From Armatimonadota bacterium (GTDB lineage Bacteria; Armatimonadota; UBA5829; DSUL01): a DNA stretch of 64,000 bases. The translations under genes were made by a program, and so were the position numbers. Positions 28,658 to 39,023 of this stretch are shown here, in pieces; the first letter of the stretch is position 1, and the number at the start of each line of letters is the position of its first letter. The notes beneath the pieces are model-generated. The model was not told where the DNA came from, made no database searches, and worked only from the letters and a program-made list of their open reading frames with translations. Location: NCBI GenBank assembly GCA_039811685.1, contig JBDHZC010000004.1, positions 160,001 to 224,000 on the forward strand, given 5' to 3'.

Positions 28658-29743
28658 GTGACGCAGTCTTTGCGAACGGGCGCCAGCCTATCTGAGCGTA
28701 ATGCAAGCAAAGCAGCGGCGCCCCTTTTCCGCTCTATGACATCTGCAGGAACAACGCGATGGTGGATCGGGATTCCGTGCTCCGGGGTCAGAGCGCTGGA
28801 AAGCGGCGAGCTGGCCGAGGTCGCTGCGCTTAGATCGCGTTTGCGGAGTCGCGGGTGGGTGTGGGTTGTCGCGATGATCTGCGTTTTTCCTCTCTCCGCT
28901 CTTGTCGCAGCCGCTTCCGATGGAGTTGCCGAGCGCTCGCAGGAAGTTGCTGACATCCTGACAGGCGTGGTTGTTGTGGCAAGTCTTGCGTTGTTTGCCG
29001 GGGCTATGCTTCGTGCCCGGCACCTTTTCCGCCTGGCGCGGACGCTTCATGCGGATGTGGGTGAAGCGACTGTTGAAGTGTACCAGCCAGAGGAGCCGTT
29101 TGCGAGCGCCTCTCTGCCGCGCCCGCTGCAAAGAATGCGGCTTCCTATGTTGAAGAGTGCCGAGGTCCTCCCTGCGTCCGGAGTCATCTGGCGGGTTAAC
29201 GGGGAAAGGACAGCGCATGAGCGGTGGTTGCAGCCGTCGACTGTCGTGGCGCGCACAGACGTAGCTGATGTCCCTGCTGGAGCGATGCTGGCGGCTGACT
29301 GGGTGCAGCCGTATGAAGACGAAGCCCTGCGCAACGTGTACCACAACAACCGCTTTCTCACGAACGAGGAATGCGCCGAAATCCAGCGCTATCGGCGTGG
29401 GCTATTGCGTTTCTCAGTTCCTGCCGCGGCTCTGCTGAGTTTGTGGGCCGGTGCGGTGGCAGTTATCTCTGGCTCCTTTCCACCGGCGCTCAAGGCAGAA
29501 GACCTCTTTCGATGGTGGCTGATTGCCGGGCTGGCTCTGTACCGGGACCTTGTACTCTTGCGGTGCCTGTTTTTGTCCTGGCAACTGGGCCGGGACGCCA
29601 ATTCAGGCTCTGTCGCAATATTGCGGACTAGACAAAGTGAAGGCAGCGACTCCCTGTCCGAGCCTCAGGAGAGACTGCCCTTTTCCGGCGTTCTCTGGAG
29701 CCTGAATGGCATTCCCGCTGAATGGCGATTACGCGTCAGGTAG
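28658..29743 (+). CDS. Hypothetical membrane protein with internal duplication
   Basis: Two copies of a unit RxLxxxExAE - 2 TM - xxLxxD - ExLPxSGVxWxxNG. The real start may be ATG 28736. Confidence 0.7.
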   Translation: MTQSLRTGASLSERNASKAAAPLFRSMTSAGTTRWWIGIPCSGVRALESGELAEVAALRSRLRSRGWVWVVAMICVFPLSALVAAASDGVAERSQEVADILTGVVVVASLALFAGAMLRARHLFRLARTLHADVGEATVEVYQPEEPFASASLPRPLQRMRLPMLKSAEVLPASGVIWRVNGERTAHERWLQPSTVVARTDVADVPAGAMLAADWVQPYEDEALRNVYHNNRFLTNEECAEIQRYRRGLLRFSVPAAALLSLWAGAVAVISGSFPPALKAEDLFRWWLIAGLALYRDLVLLRCLFLSWQLGRDANSGSVAILRTRQSEGSDSLSEPQERLPFSGVLWSLNGIPAEWRLRVR

Positions 29744-29757
29744 GCCCGCGCACGCAA

Positions 29758-30219
29758 TCAATCGTGGTCGTGCGGCTTGTAGTTACCCACTTCAGGTCTG
29801 AAGCTTACAGACAGGCGGTTCCAGGTGTTGATTGATGTGATTGCCAAAGTTAGATCAACCAACTCTCTTTCCGAAAACTGCTCGCGCGCTTTTTCAAAAG
29901 CCTCATCCGGCACGCCGGTTTCAGAAACCAGGGTCACCGTCTCCGTCCACGCCAGCGCCGCTCGCTCCCTATCTGTGTAGAACGGGCACTCGTGCCAGGC
30001 TGGCAGACAGTACATGCGCTGCTCAGTCTCACCGAGTTCTTTGGCATCTTTTGTGTGCATGTCCAAACAGTACGCGCAGCCATTAATCTGAGAAGCGCGC
30101 ATTTTCACGAGTTCTCTGAGCTTGGGTTCAAGAGTGGTGGTGTGAAGATACTTTTCGACGGTTTGAAAAGCTGTCATTACTTCGGACGGGATCTTGTTGT
30201 AGGGAATTCGCGGTGACAT
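29758..30219 (-). CDS. Carboxymuconolactone decarboxylase/AhpD-like family protein
   Basis: ELVKMRASQINGCAYCLDMH, RERAALAW and INTWNR motifs; AGGAG RBS before ATG 30219. Confidence 0.92.
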   Translation of the reverse strand: MSPRIPYNKIPSEVMTAFQTVEKYLHTTTLEPKLRELVKMRASQINGCAYCLDMHTKDAKELGETEQRMYCLPAWHECPFYTDRERAALAWTETVTLVSETGVPDEAFEKAREQFSERELVDLTLAITSINTWNRLSVSFRPEVGNYKPHDHD

Positions 30220-30482
30220 GTTGGCTACTCCTGGTTTCCTCACAGTGGGAATTGTCGTGCACAGCTTGCCTGCGGCTCCTGAACATCTGGAGTGGCGTGT
30301 TTTCGCGGCGCCATCTTCCAGAGCTCAGGACAATGCAGCGCGCGCAGGGCCACACTCTGCACGCGACTGCTGCGCAATGAAGTATAGCCCATATCGGCCC
30401 CAGGTGAAACGTCTATCCGGCCTCTCCGGGGGCTCAGACAGGCGCCCGAGATGCCGGAAAAGGCCGGTCGAACTTTACCAGA

Positions 30483-31196
30483 CTACAGCGGCGTGACGTC
30501 CCATTCTGGCGGCCTGGAGTATTGCTGGCGTCTCAATTCAGTGTAGGAGAGACGTTTCCCGTGCCCGTCACAGTAGATAATGGTCGTCCCGTCCCAGTGC
30601 ACGTTGTCTGGATCGTCGTTCGCGTTGTTCTTCCAGAGGTAGAGGCCGTCGTTAATGGTCTTGCGGCTTTCGTGAATTATCATCATCACTCTCGCAGGGT
30701 CCACATCTGACAACGCCTAGTCGAGGTTACGGAGATGCAGTACGTCGTTGACACTGTAGGACAGCGCAAAATTGCGCGGCCTCCCATCAATCTGTTCGGC
30801 TGGTAGCCTTTTGTCGGTGGGGCACAGATAGATCCCCCTGCTTTTCGCGTAAGGCCACAGTGAGCCGTTCTCGGGGTAGACGAGTTTATGGGTATCTACT
30901 GAACCGCACCAGTTGGGCATTCTCTCCGGGTGGTAGGTGCCAGTGCTCGGCATCCGGCCATTGTTGTCGCTACAGTATTGGATAAAGCCCAGTGACAACT
31001 GCTTGAGATTGGACAGGCACTGAGTTTGCCGCCCCCGTTCGCGCGCTTGCGCAAAGACAGGGAAGAGAATCGCAGCGAGGATGGCAATGATTGCGATCAC
31101 CACCAGAAGTTCAATCAGTGTAAATCCGGAACGGATTTGCCGGATGCGCACCTGGAGGTGGTTCCAGGTGCGGCTGCGTCGACAGGACAGCTTCAT
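30483..31196 (-). pseudogene. Prepilin-type N-terminal cleavage/DUF1559 protein with H-X9-DG-CTERM, interrupted by one in-frame TAG
   Basis: [30 protein letters not shown]...CLSNLKQL at the N-terminus. TAG at 30719-30717, then the same frame continues to HWDGTTIIYCDGH (H-X9-DG). AAGGTGA RBS before ATG 31196. Confidence 0.8.
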
Positions 31197-31495
31197 CAAA
31201 TCACCTTGCGTACATGCCAGATTCAGCAGCCCGTAACTGGCCGCTGATGTACTCCAAAAGCATAACACATCGCTGTCCGCAAAAGAAAGCCAATCAATAC
31301 ATTTTCTGAGGATGCGTGTCACTTTGTGTGGAAACGGTGCTGGTTTGCGCCTTTCCTTGGCACGTCGCCATTGCCATAACCTCGATTAGCTTCGGTAGGC
31401 TGTCCTGTTCGGTACGGTGCTTTTGAGAAATCCATTGACAGAATCTGTCCCTGTGCGCTACCCTTCGCAAAAGTCAATGCAAGTCAGGAGTCCAA

Positions 31496-32821
31496 ATGAA
31501 AACAGTGTTGTTCTTGGTGGTTGCGGCGGCGCTTCTGAGTGCCGGTGCGTTTGCTGAGACGGTGTCCATGCCCACGGATCTGATGAGCCGGACTCAGTGG
31601 TGGCGGGAAGCGCGCTTTGGGATGTTCATTCACTGGGGCATCTACTCGGTCCCTGCGGACTCAACCAATCTCAAGGGTGAGAAAGTCGCCGGGGAGTGGT
31701 ATCTCAACAACAAGCAGATGCAGGTTGCGGACTACGCAAGGTTCGCCCCCGAGTTCAACCCTGTCTCGTTCAATGCCAGGAAGTGGGTACGAGCAGCCAG
31801 GGACGCTGGCATGAAGTACATTGTCATCACCAGCAAACACCACGATGGCTTCTGCATGTTTGACTCTGCTCTGACTGACTACAGCATTACAAAAGCCACG
31901 CCCTTCAAGAAAGACCCTATGAAAGAACTGGCGGCAGAGTGCAAGAAGCAGGGGATCCGGCTGTGCTTCTATTACTCAATCATGGACTGGCATCACCCTG
32001 ACTACCTGCCGCGTCGGGCGTGGGAAACAGACGTACGGCCAGCCGATGGCGCCAGTCTGGATCGATATATTGAATATATGAAAGGCCAGTTGAGTGAGCT
32101 TCTTACCAACTACGGCCCAGTAGGCATTCTCTGGTTTGACGGTGGGTGGGAGCACAGCGCAGAGGAGCTACACTCTGCAGAAGTCAATGCCTTGATTCGT
32201 CGCCTCCAGCCTCAGATCATCATAAATGACCGGAACAGACTCCCCGAAGACTACTCCACACCGGAGCAAAGCATTCCGGAAGATGCTCTACCAGACGGAC
32301 GGCTGTGGGAAACCTGCATGACCATCAATGGCACGTGGGGATATGCGAAGAATGACACTGACTGGAAGTCCTCAACAGATCTCATTCGCAAGCTATGCGA
32401 TATCGCCTCCAAGGGCGGCAACTTTCTACTGAACGTAGGGCCCACCTCAGAGGGTGTCTTTCCAGACGCGATAGATGAGCGGCTTGCAGACATCGGCCGT
32501 TGGATGAAGACAAACGGAAAGAGCATTTACGGAACTGAGAAAAGTCCTCTGAAGGGTCTCCCAGCTTACGCGCGTTGTACACAGAAGGGTAGGAATCTCT
32601 ACATTCAGATGTTCGAGTGGCCGGATGGACCAGGACTTCCGCTGGCAGGTCTCAAAACTCCGCCTGAAGAGGTCGTTGTACTCGGCTCTGACCAGCGCCT
32701 CTCTTGTATGAAGCTCGACCTTCCCGAAGCCGAGTACTATGTTGTTGGCAAGATTCTCAAACCGGATCCGGCCGCTACAGTTCTGGAATTGCGATTCAAA
32801 AGTCCTCCGGCACTGGATTAG
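31496..32821 (+). CDS. Alpha-L-fucosidase (GH29), secreted
   Basis: Signal peptide; ARFGMFIHWG, KHHDGF, WFDG and GGNFLLNVGP motifs. Confidence 0.93.
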   Translation: MKTVLFLVVAAALLSAGAFAETVSMPTDLMSRTQWWREARFGMFIHWGIYSVPADSTNLKGEKVAGEWYLNNKQMQVADYARFAPEFNPVSFNARKWVRAARDAGMKYIVITSKHHDGFCMFDSALTDYSITKATPFKKDPMKELAAECKKQGIRLCFYYSIMDWHHPDYLPRRAWETDVRPADGASLDRYIEYMKGQLSELLTNYGPVGILWFDGGWEHSAEELHSAEVNALIRRLQPQIIINDRNRLPEDYSTPEQSIPEDALPDGRLWETCMTINGTWGYAKNDTDWKSSTDLIRKLCDIASKGGNFLLNVGPTSEGVFPDAIDERLADIGRWMKTNGKSIYGTEKSPLKGLPAYARCTQKGRNLYIQMFEWPDGPGLPLAGLKTPPEEVVVLGSDQRLSCMKLDLPEAEYYVVGKILKPDPAATVLELRFKSPPALD

Positions 32822-32914
32822 ATCCTCCGTGCGCCAGTCGTGTCTTCGACCGGGCTTCGGTGGACGGAGGCAACGTATCCGAATTGATTTGCTGCCTTCT
32901 GCACAGCCAGGCTG

Positions 32915-33664
32915 CTATCGCCGCATCGCCAGCAATTCTGGAATTGTGACAAAACGATAGCCTCTCCGGCGCAGCTCTTCAATAATCATAGGAGTCGCCT
33001 TCACGTCTTTCCAGCGACTACAGAACGTACCGTCATGGGCGAGGACTATTCCGCCACTCCGCACGTGTTTGAGCACTCTCCGGGTCATCAATTCCGGTGT
33101 AGGAGCATCGTGGTGATCAGCGCACACCGTCCAGAGAATTGTCCGGTATCCTTCTTCGTCCGCAATCTGTAGTACTGTGCCGTCTACGAGACCTCTTGGA
33201 GGGCGGAACAGATGTGCGCGCCGCCCTGTCATCTGCTCGATGATCTCTTCACATTTGTCCAGTTCCCGGATTACCTGCGCCTGAGAATCCGCCTCGATGT
33301 TGTGAGGATGAGAGAATGTGTGATTTGCCACAACGTGGCCACGCCTGACGACTTCGCGCACGATCTCCGGATGCTTCAACATTTCGCGTCCGATCATAAA
33401 AAACGTCGCCTTGATGTGGTAATGATCCAGAATCGAGAGTATTTCGGGAGTGTAGGTCGGGTGGGGGCCATCGTCAAACGTCAGAGCCACAACCTTCTGC
33501 TTTGTCGGAACCCGATATACCACAGGTGAGTCATCTCGCCCATATCCAGGGGCGCCAACCGGACGAAACCACAACAACAGTACGAGCCCGATCAGTGTGA
33601 TTTCCAGGATAGCTCGTCCTGAGCCGAGCGCCCGAGCTGAAAACCGGGTGAAGACTTCCCTCAT
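32915..33664 (-). CDS. Polysaccharide deacetylase (CE4/NodB), membrane-anchored
   Basis: ALTFDDGP, NHTFSHP, FRPP and LAHD motifs; N-terminal TM. Confidence 0.92.
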   Translation of the reverse strand: MREVFTRFSARALGSGRAILEITLIGLVLLLWFRPVGAPGYGRDDSPVVYRVPTKQKVVALTFDDGPHPTYTPEILSILDHYHIKATFFMIGREMLKHPEIVREVVRRGHVVANHTFSHPHNIEADSQAQVIRELDKCEEIIEQMTGRRAHLFRPPRGLVDGTVLQIADEEGYRTILWTVCADHHDAPTPELMTRRVLKHVRSGGIVLAHDGTFCSRWKDVKATPMIIEELRRRGYRFVTIPELLAMRR

Positions 33665-34014
33665 CGTCCCCTCTGTGCAGTGTTACGTTTCACACGAGTT
33701 ACCTGTCCAGTGTAGCTGTTGCGCCTCGACTGCCACATCCACGCTCGCTGTGCGTTCGTGTGGCAGCACTACCGCTGGCTCTTTACCATCTCTCTGGCGA
33801 GAAATGCATTTTGTCTTGACATGATTATCCGCGCACCAGCCATCGGGCCTCTCTTGACAGCGATTTATCTGCTGTCAGAGCGGGCGGAGGCCGTCACGCG
33901 AGCTACCAAGGGTTGATAATACTATTCCGTTAGTGTCAAGGTCAACGGCATCTAATCCGGATACTGTGGCGGTCACGAGGCGATGCGCGGAGGGCTCCTG
34001 GAGCGGTACCGTGG

Positions 34015-35112
34015 TCAGAAGGCAATGCGGTGGCGTCGCCGGTAGACACCCATCACCAGCCCCATTGCGGTGAGCATGGAGAGGAGGCTGCTCGGCCCGT
34101 AGCTGAAGAATGGGAGCGGCACTCCCACGACCGGCATAATGCCCATCGTCATACCAATATTCATGACGACGTGAAACAGCAGCATCGCCAGTACTCCCCC
34201 CGCCATCATGCGCCCCAGAGTCTCTTCTGTCGCCTGCATGATCATCGCTACGCGCGCAATGAGAATCCAGTACAGGATGATCAGCGCAGCAGAACCGACA
34301 AAGCCCAACTCCTCGCCCACCACCGTAAAAATGAAGTCCGTGTGTTGCTCGGGAATGAACGCATACTGGCTCTGCGTGCCGTGCCGATAACCCTTCCCGA
34401 GTAACTGGCCCGACCCGATTGCGATTTTCGACTGCTTTACGTGATATCCCGCCCCCTGAGCATCCGCCTCTGGGTGCATTAGGGTCACCACACGCTTTTT
34501 TTGATAGTCCTGAAATACGTTTGTATTCCACAAGATGAAGAAGCCGACCACTCCCATAGCAGCCAGCGCCAGCATATACTTCCAGCGCACCCCCGCTGCC
34601 AGAGAAACTCCAATCCAGATAGACGCCAGAACCAGCGATGTCCCAAGATCTGGTTGCTTGAACACAAGGAAGAGAGGCAGTGCGACGTGGACAAGTGAAA
34701 GGATGAATGTGCGAAGCTCACGAATCTCGTCATAATGCGACAGGAAAAACGCAGCCAGTGTCACGATGAGAACGACCTTGGCTGGTTCTGATGGCTGAAG
34801 CTGAAGAGGGCCCAGATCAAGCCACCGCTGCGCACCCTTGGAGTGCCGGCCAGCTATGTCGACAAACAACAGCGCTGCGACAGTCGCCCAGTAAACCCAG
34901 CGTGACAGACGCGGTAGAATGTGGTCGTCCAGACTGGCCGCCAGGGTTAGAAAGACGAGCCCCACAATTCCAGTGGCAATCTGCTTCTGAACGTAGGACG
35001 CGACGTACTTGCTCGGTGCCGCCGAATAGATCGCGAATACTCCATAGAGAATGATCGTTACAACGACTGTGAGCAAGACCCAGTCAGCACTTTTGAGAAC
35101 TCGACTACTCAT
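34015..35112 (-). CDS. rodA: Rod shape-determining protein RodA (SEDS family)
   Basis: GAQRW, QPSE, QPDLGT, AIGSG, PEQHTDFIF...EELG and GVPLPFFSYG motifs. ATG 35112 gives a typical MSSRVLKSADW start. Confidence 0.9.
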   Translation of the reverse strand: MSSRVLKSADWVLLTVVVTIILYGVFAIYSAAPSKYVASYVQKQIATGIVGLVFLTLAASLDDHILPRLSRWVYWATVAALLFVDIAGRHSKGAQRWLDLGPLQLQPSEPAKVVLIVTLAAFFLSHYDEIRELRTFILSLVHVALPLFLVFKQPDLGTSLVLASIWIGVSLAAGVRWKYMLALAAMGVVGFFILWNTNVFQDYQKKRVVTLMHPEADAQGAGYHVKQSKIAIGSGQLLGKGYRHGTQSQYAFIPEQHTDFIFTVVGEELGFVGSAALIILYWILIARVAMIMQATEETLGRMMAGGVLAMLLFHVVMNIGMTMGIMPVVGVPLPFFSYGPSSLLSMLTAMGLVMGVYRRRHRIAF

Positions 35113-36460
35113 GACTTTGAAAACAGTAACTGATATGTTAGCGCCCAGCGCTCCAAAGATAACCGCGCATCTCGCCGTCTTTGCTCTTTGCGCTCTGCTT
35201 TTTGTCTGGTCCGCCACGCCTGCGCTGGCGCAACAGCCCTACGAACGCACGCTTTCCAACGGCCTGACTATTGTTGTCGCTCCGGATCCGTCTTTGAGAC
35301 TTGTAAGCGTCGATGTCTGGGTTCGCGCCGGCTCGGCCTTTGAAAACGACGACGAACAGGGAGTCGCCCATTTTCTCGAGCATGTCATCTTCAAGGGAAC
35401 GCCGACCCGGGGTCCGGGCGAGATTGACCTGGCGATTGAGAACGTCGGCGCCACGCTGAACGCCGCCACATCGAAAGACTGGGCACACTTCTTTACCACC
35501 ATTGCCACGGAATATCTTGATACAGCTCTTGATTTGCTATCAGATGCCGTCCTGCACCCTGTGTTCCGTCCGGCTGAAGTAGCTCGCGAAGCTCAGGTAA
35601 TCGCCTCTGAGATCGCCGGCCGCCGGTCCGATCCGGTGCAGTTACTACAAGATTCTCTGGCCGAAAATCTCTTTGGCTCCCATCCGTACGGAAGACCGGT
35701 CTACGGTACGCTGGAGCAGGTTCGCTCCATCAGCCCGCAGCAGCTTGCCTCCTTCCACAAACGTTGTTACGTGGGACCGGCGATGACTGTCGTTGTCGTC
35801 GGCAATGTCACACCGGATGATATATTCAAACGCGTCGAAAAGCGCTTCTCGTCAGTGCCCGATGGAACACCTGCCGCCTGGCCGCCGAAGGCCACTCCTC
35901 CAACGCAGGCCACACCAGTAGATATTCCGGAGAAAAGCGCAGGCGCCCAGTGGCTGGGTGTCTCCTTCCTTGGGCCCAGTATGGACGATCCCAGCGATGT
36001 CTGGACGATGGACGTTCTCGCTTCCATTCTGGCGCGCAAAGAGTCTGGCTGCCTCTACGATCGGCTTGTGACTGCGGATAACGTCTCAGTTGGCGTCGGG
36101 GCCAACTTCCTTACGCAGAAACTGCCTGCGATGGTTTCTCTGGTCACGGGCGCCCTGCCTGGAAAAGAGGATGAAAACCTCGCCGCAATTCGCCAGGAGA
36201 TTGCGAAGATTCGCCTCGACGGAGCATCGGCAGATGAAATGGCCGCAGCCAAGCGCTATCTGCTTGGAACAAACGCATTCGAAACAGAAACGGCGTCTGG
36301 ACAGGCCAGCAGTCTCGGGTTCTATGCTGTCATTGGCAGTGTCCGGGACAGTGTTCACTACGCTGAGAACGTGCAGAAGGTCACACTGGAAGATGTACAG
36401 CGAGTCGCCAGGAAGTATCTTGATCCGTCGCATATGGTGGTGGTGAGGTTGTCGAAATGA
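35111..36460 (+). CDS. M16 family zinc peptidase, catalytic subunit (secreted)
   Basis: AHFLEH (HxxEH), NAATS and HPYGRP motifs; signal peptide ending ALA. Start is ATG 35111 or 35135. Confidence 0.9.
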   Translation: MTLKTVTDMLAPSAPKITAHLAVFALCALLFVWSATPALAQQPYERTLSNGLTIVVAPDPSLRLVSVDVWVRAGSAFENDDEQGVAHFLEHVIFKGTPTRGPGEIDLAIENVGATLNAATSKDWAHFFTTIATEYLDTALDLLSDAVLHPVFRPAEVAREAQVIASEIAGRRSDPVQLLQDSLAENLFGSHPYGRPVYGTLEQVRSISPQQLASFHKRCYVGPAMTVVVVGNVTPDDIFKRVEKRFSSVPDGTPAAWPPKATPPTQATPVDIPEKSAGAQWLGVSFLGPSMDDPSDVWTMDVLASILARKESGCLYDRLVTADNVSVGVGANFLTQKLPAMVSLVTGALPGKEDENLAAIRQEIAKIRLDGASADEMAAAKRYLLGTNAFETETASGQASSLGFYAVIGSVRDSVHYAENVQKVTLEDVQRVARKYLDPSHMVVVRLSK

Positions 36461-37818
36461 GAATGCCAGATCGCAGTTCAATAGCGGCGCTGACTCTTCG
36501 AGCGGTGTGGGTTCTAGCGCTGTCTCTTGCCGCTGCATTGCCTGTTCATGCTCAGACCAGGGACGTCAGCAAACTCATTTTCCCGAACGGTTTTCGGCTC
36601 CTGGCCAAGCCGGAGCCCGGCAAGGGGTTGATAGCCCTCGATATGGTAATCCGGGCTGGCGCTCAGGAGGAGACAGACCAGCCGGGAATGGGGCAGGTCG
36701 TCGCGAGGACGCTGTTCACAGGCGCAAGGAATCTCTCAGCGCGAAAGCTTGCGCAACTCTCGGATGAGGTGGGTGGAAGCTTTGCTGTGACGTGGGATCC
36801 GGACTATACGGAGATCTATATCGCCACAACAAAAGACCAGCTTTCTGCAGCGGTGGAATTGCTTGCAGAGACGTTGATCTCCCCGAAAATTAACGCCTCC
36901 GCCGTTGAAGCCGCAAAAACAATGCTCCGATCTGACATGGAGCGCGCCGGCAACGATGCCTTCCGCTCCGCCTATGACGAGATGCGACGGCTGCTCTATC
37001 GTGACAGCCCGTACCGGCGCCCTCTGCTGGGAGAACAAAGCGCGGTGGACAAGATATCGGCTGCGGACGTTCAGCAGTTCATCGGAAAGTGGTTTGTGCC
37101 CGGGAACATGGTGCTGGCTGTGGTGGGCGACGTGTCAGTACAACAAACGCAGGACGCGGTCAAGCTATGGTTCGGAAAGCAGCAGAGTGCCGCGGCGCCC
37201 AGGCGAGAGCCGATTGCCACTGAGAGCGGGCCTCAGCGGCCTCCGTCCTTGCTGGAAGTGGACTCGAACTCTTCCTACCTCGTTGCGGGGACACTTGCCT
37301 CTGGAATGGCATCAGCTAACTATGCCGCGGACATGGCCGCTATTACCGTCCTCGGAGGCGGCAAGGCCTCGCGCATGTTTCAGGATCTGCGGGAGCAGAG
37401 GGGTTTGGCCTATGAGCTGGGGACACTTTACCCACCGCTTCTGAATCAGTCGCACGCTCTGGCCTATGTCGTGGGCGCAACGTACACGCTTCAGCCTGAT
37501 GCCCGCGGTCAGAAGCCGACGACGGAGACTATTCGATCAGCTCTCAGAGGCGCTGTCGTAGGTCTGCGAGAGAAGCCGATCACGCAGGAAGAGCTGAATC
37601 GGGCAAAGAGCTACCTCATCGGCACGTTCGCCCTGGCGCACGAAAGGCTGCGAGAACGCGCAAAGCATCTGGCCTGGTACGAGGCGATGGGTCTGGGGTT
37701 TGGGTACGACGACCTGTATCCGCAAAAAATCCAGGCCGTAACGCTTGCTCAGGTTCGCGACAGCGCAGATCGCCTCTTTGATAGATCGGCTATGGTTGTC
37801 GTCGTCCCGAAGGAATGA
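36457..37818 (+). CDS. M16 family peptidase, non-catalytic partner subunit (secreted)
   Basis: M16 fold lacking HxxEH but carrying SRMFQDLREQRGLAY; signal peptide; ATGA overlap. Confidence 0.87.
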   Translation: MRMPDRSSIAALTLRAVWVLALSLAAALPVHAQTRDVSKLIFPNGFRLLAKPEPGKGLIALDMVIRAGAQEETDQPGMGQVVARTLFTGARNLSARKLAQLSDEVGGSFAVTWDPDYTEIYIATTKDQLSAAVELLAETLISPKINASAVEAAKTMLRSDMERAGNDAFRSAYDEMRRLLYRDSPYRRPLLGEQSAVDKISAADVQQFIGKWFVPGNMVLAVVGDVSVQQTQDAVKLWFGKQQSAAAPRREPIATESGPQRPPSLLEVDSNSSYLVAGTLASGMASANYAADMAAITVLGGGKASRMFQDLREQRGLAYELGTLYPPLLNQSHALAYVVGATYTLQPDARGQKPTTETIRSALRGAVVGLREKPITQEELNRAKSYLIGTFALAHERLRERAKHLAWYEAMGLGFGYDDLYPQKIQAVTLAQVRDSADRLFDRSAMVVVVPKE

Positions 37819-37919
37819 GACCCTTCCGCAGACTCAGCGTGTGCGACCGGGACGATTGGGCATTCTAATCCGGAATTCTGACCATGCGCCGAGAGAAAAG
37901 CCGCTCGCTTCAGCCCCAG

Positions 37920-39023
37920 CTATGCTGCGCGACCGCATGTTGCGCCGATTCTGCCTGCCTTGAGTCCCCGAAGCGCGCTCTCCAGAACGTCGTCCTCCTG
38001 GATACTGTCAATGCACGTGTGAAAGTTCGCGTCTGAGCACCAGCGGGAGTTGCAGCTTGTGCGGCAGCTCAGAGGCGCCATCAACACCGTGTGACGGTCG
38101 CTATCGTTGCGTTCTGGACACATCGAAGGACCAAAAATGCCGACTGTCGGAGTGTCAACTCCACGCGCCAGGTGCAAAACAGGTGAGTCATTGCTGATAA
38201 CGAGATCGAGTTGCGCCACCAGCGCCTGTATCTCCGTCCAGCTCAGGGCTCCTGGAGCGAAAACCGCGGCCATGCGGAGATCGCCGCCAACTTCCTGTGC
38301 CAGTGACCCTTCGCCTGAACCACTCGTAATCAGAATCGTGCCTCCCGTGTACCGCTCCAGCCTTCTTGCGACTGCCGTGAAGCGCTCTGTTGGCCATCTC
38401 TGAAGAAGCAGTGGGCTTCCCGGATGAATCCCGATCCACGGTCTCGGAGCCGCCTCGAGGAAGCTGTGGATGCGGCTGACGTGTTCAGGGCCGTAGGGCA
38501 GACGCACGGCGCCGGCGGTTCCACTGAAGCCCAGAGCTCGCACCAGACGAAGATGATCCAGTCTCGTGAGGCGTACGGATCGTACTCTGCTGCTGTGGGC
38601 GATTCTGTAGCGCGCGCTGGACAGTTCATGAGGCGAAGACTTACCGCCCGTGAAGTCAATAGCCAGATCGAACTTCTCTTTTCGCAAAGAGCGTATGAGC
38701 CGCGTTCTCTTCTGAATCCGTCCCAGCCACCCTTCGCCCTCCAGTGTTGAGGACAGAATGTTATGCAGCTCAGGATGTCCGCCCAGAACTTGCGCACTGT
38801 AGGGTGAAGTCAGAAATGCAATCTCAGGGCGCTGGAGCCCTTGTACCAGAGGGTGCACGCAGGGCAGCGCCTGAATAACGTCTTCGAGGAAACCCGTGTG
38901 AATACAAAGGACGCGGCGGATTTCTCCTGCTTCCCTTTCAGCGCAAAACGCCTCCAGGCGCTCCTGGCTCCAGTCGCCTGGAAGCGCCACTGTCTGATTG
39001 TCCGACGGATCTCCTGTGATCAT
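37920..39023 (-). CDS. Glycosyltransferase family 9 (heptosyltransferase-like)
   Basis: IHPG...RWP..F, ISNDSPVLHLA...PTVGIFGPS and a C-terminal Cys cluster. Confidence 0.85.
   Translation of the reverse strand: MITGDPSDNQTVALPGDWSQERLEAFCAEREAGEIRRVLCIHTGFLEDVIQALPCVHPLVQGLQRPEIAFLTSPYSAQVLGGHPELHNILSSTLEGEGWLGRIQKRTRLIRSLRKEKFDLAIDFTGGKSSPHELSSARYRIAHSSRVRSVRLTRLDHLRLVRALGFSGTAGAVRLPYGPEHVSRIHSFLEAAPRPWIGIHPGSPLLLQRWPTERFTAVARRLERYTGGTILITSGSGEGSLAQEVGGDLRMAAVFAPGALSWTEIQALVAQLDLVISNDSPVLHLARGVDTPTVGIFGPSMCPERNDSDRHTVLMAPLSCRTSCNSRWCSDANFHTCIDSIQEDDVLESALRGLKAGRIGATCGRAA

Noticed and set aside
30717..30719. Genome-wide amber reassignment or pyrrolysine
   Set aside because: TAG is the normal stop of many conserved genes here (nuoCD, pdhA, lipA, recA, copA), and no pyl genes are in the window.
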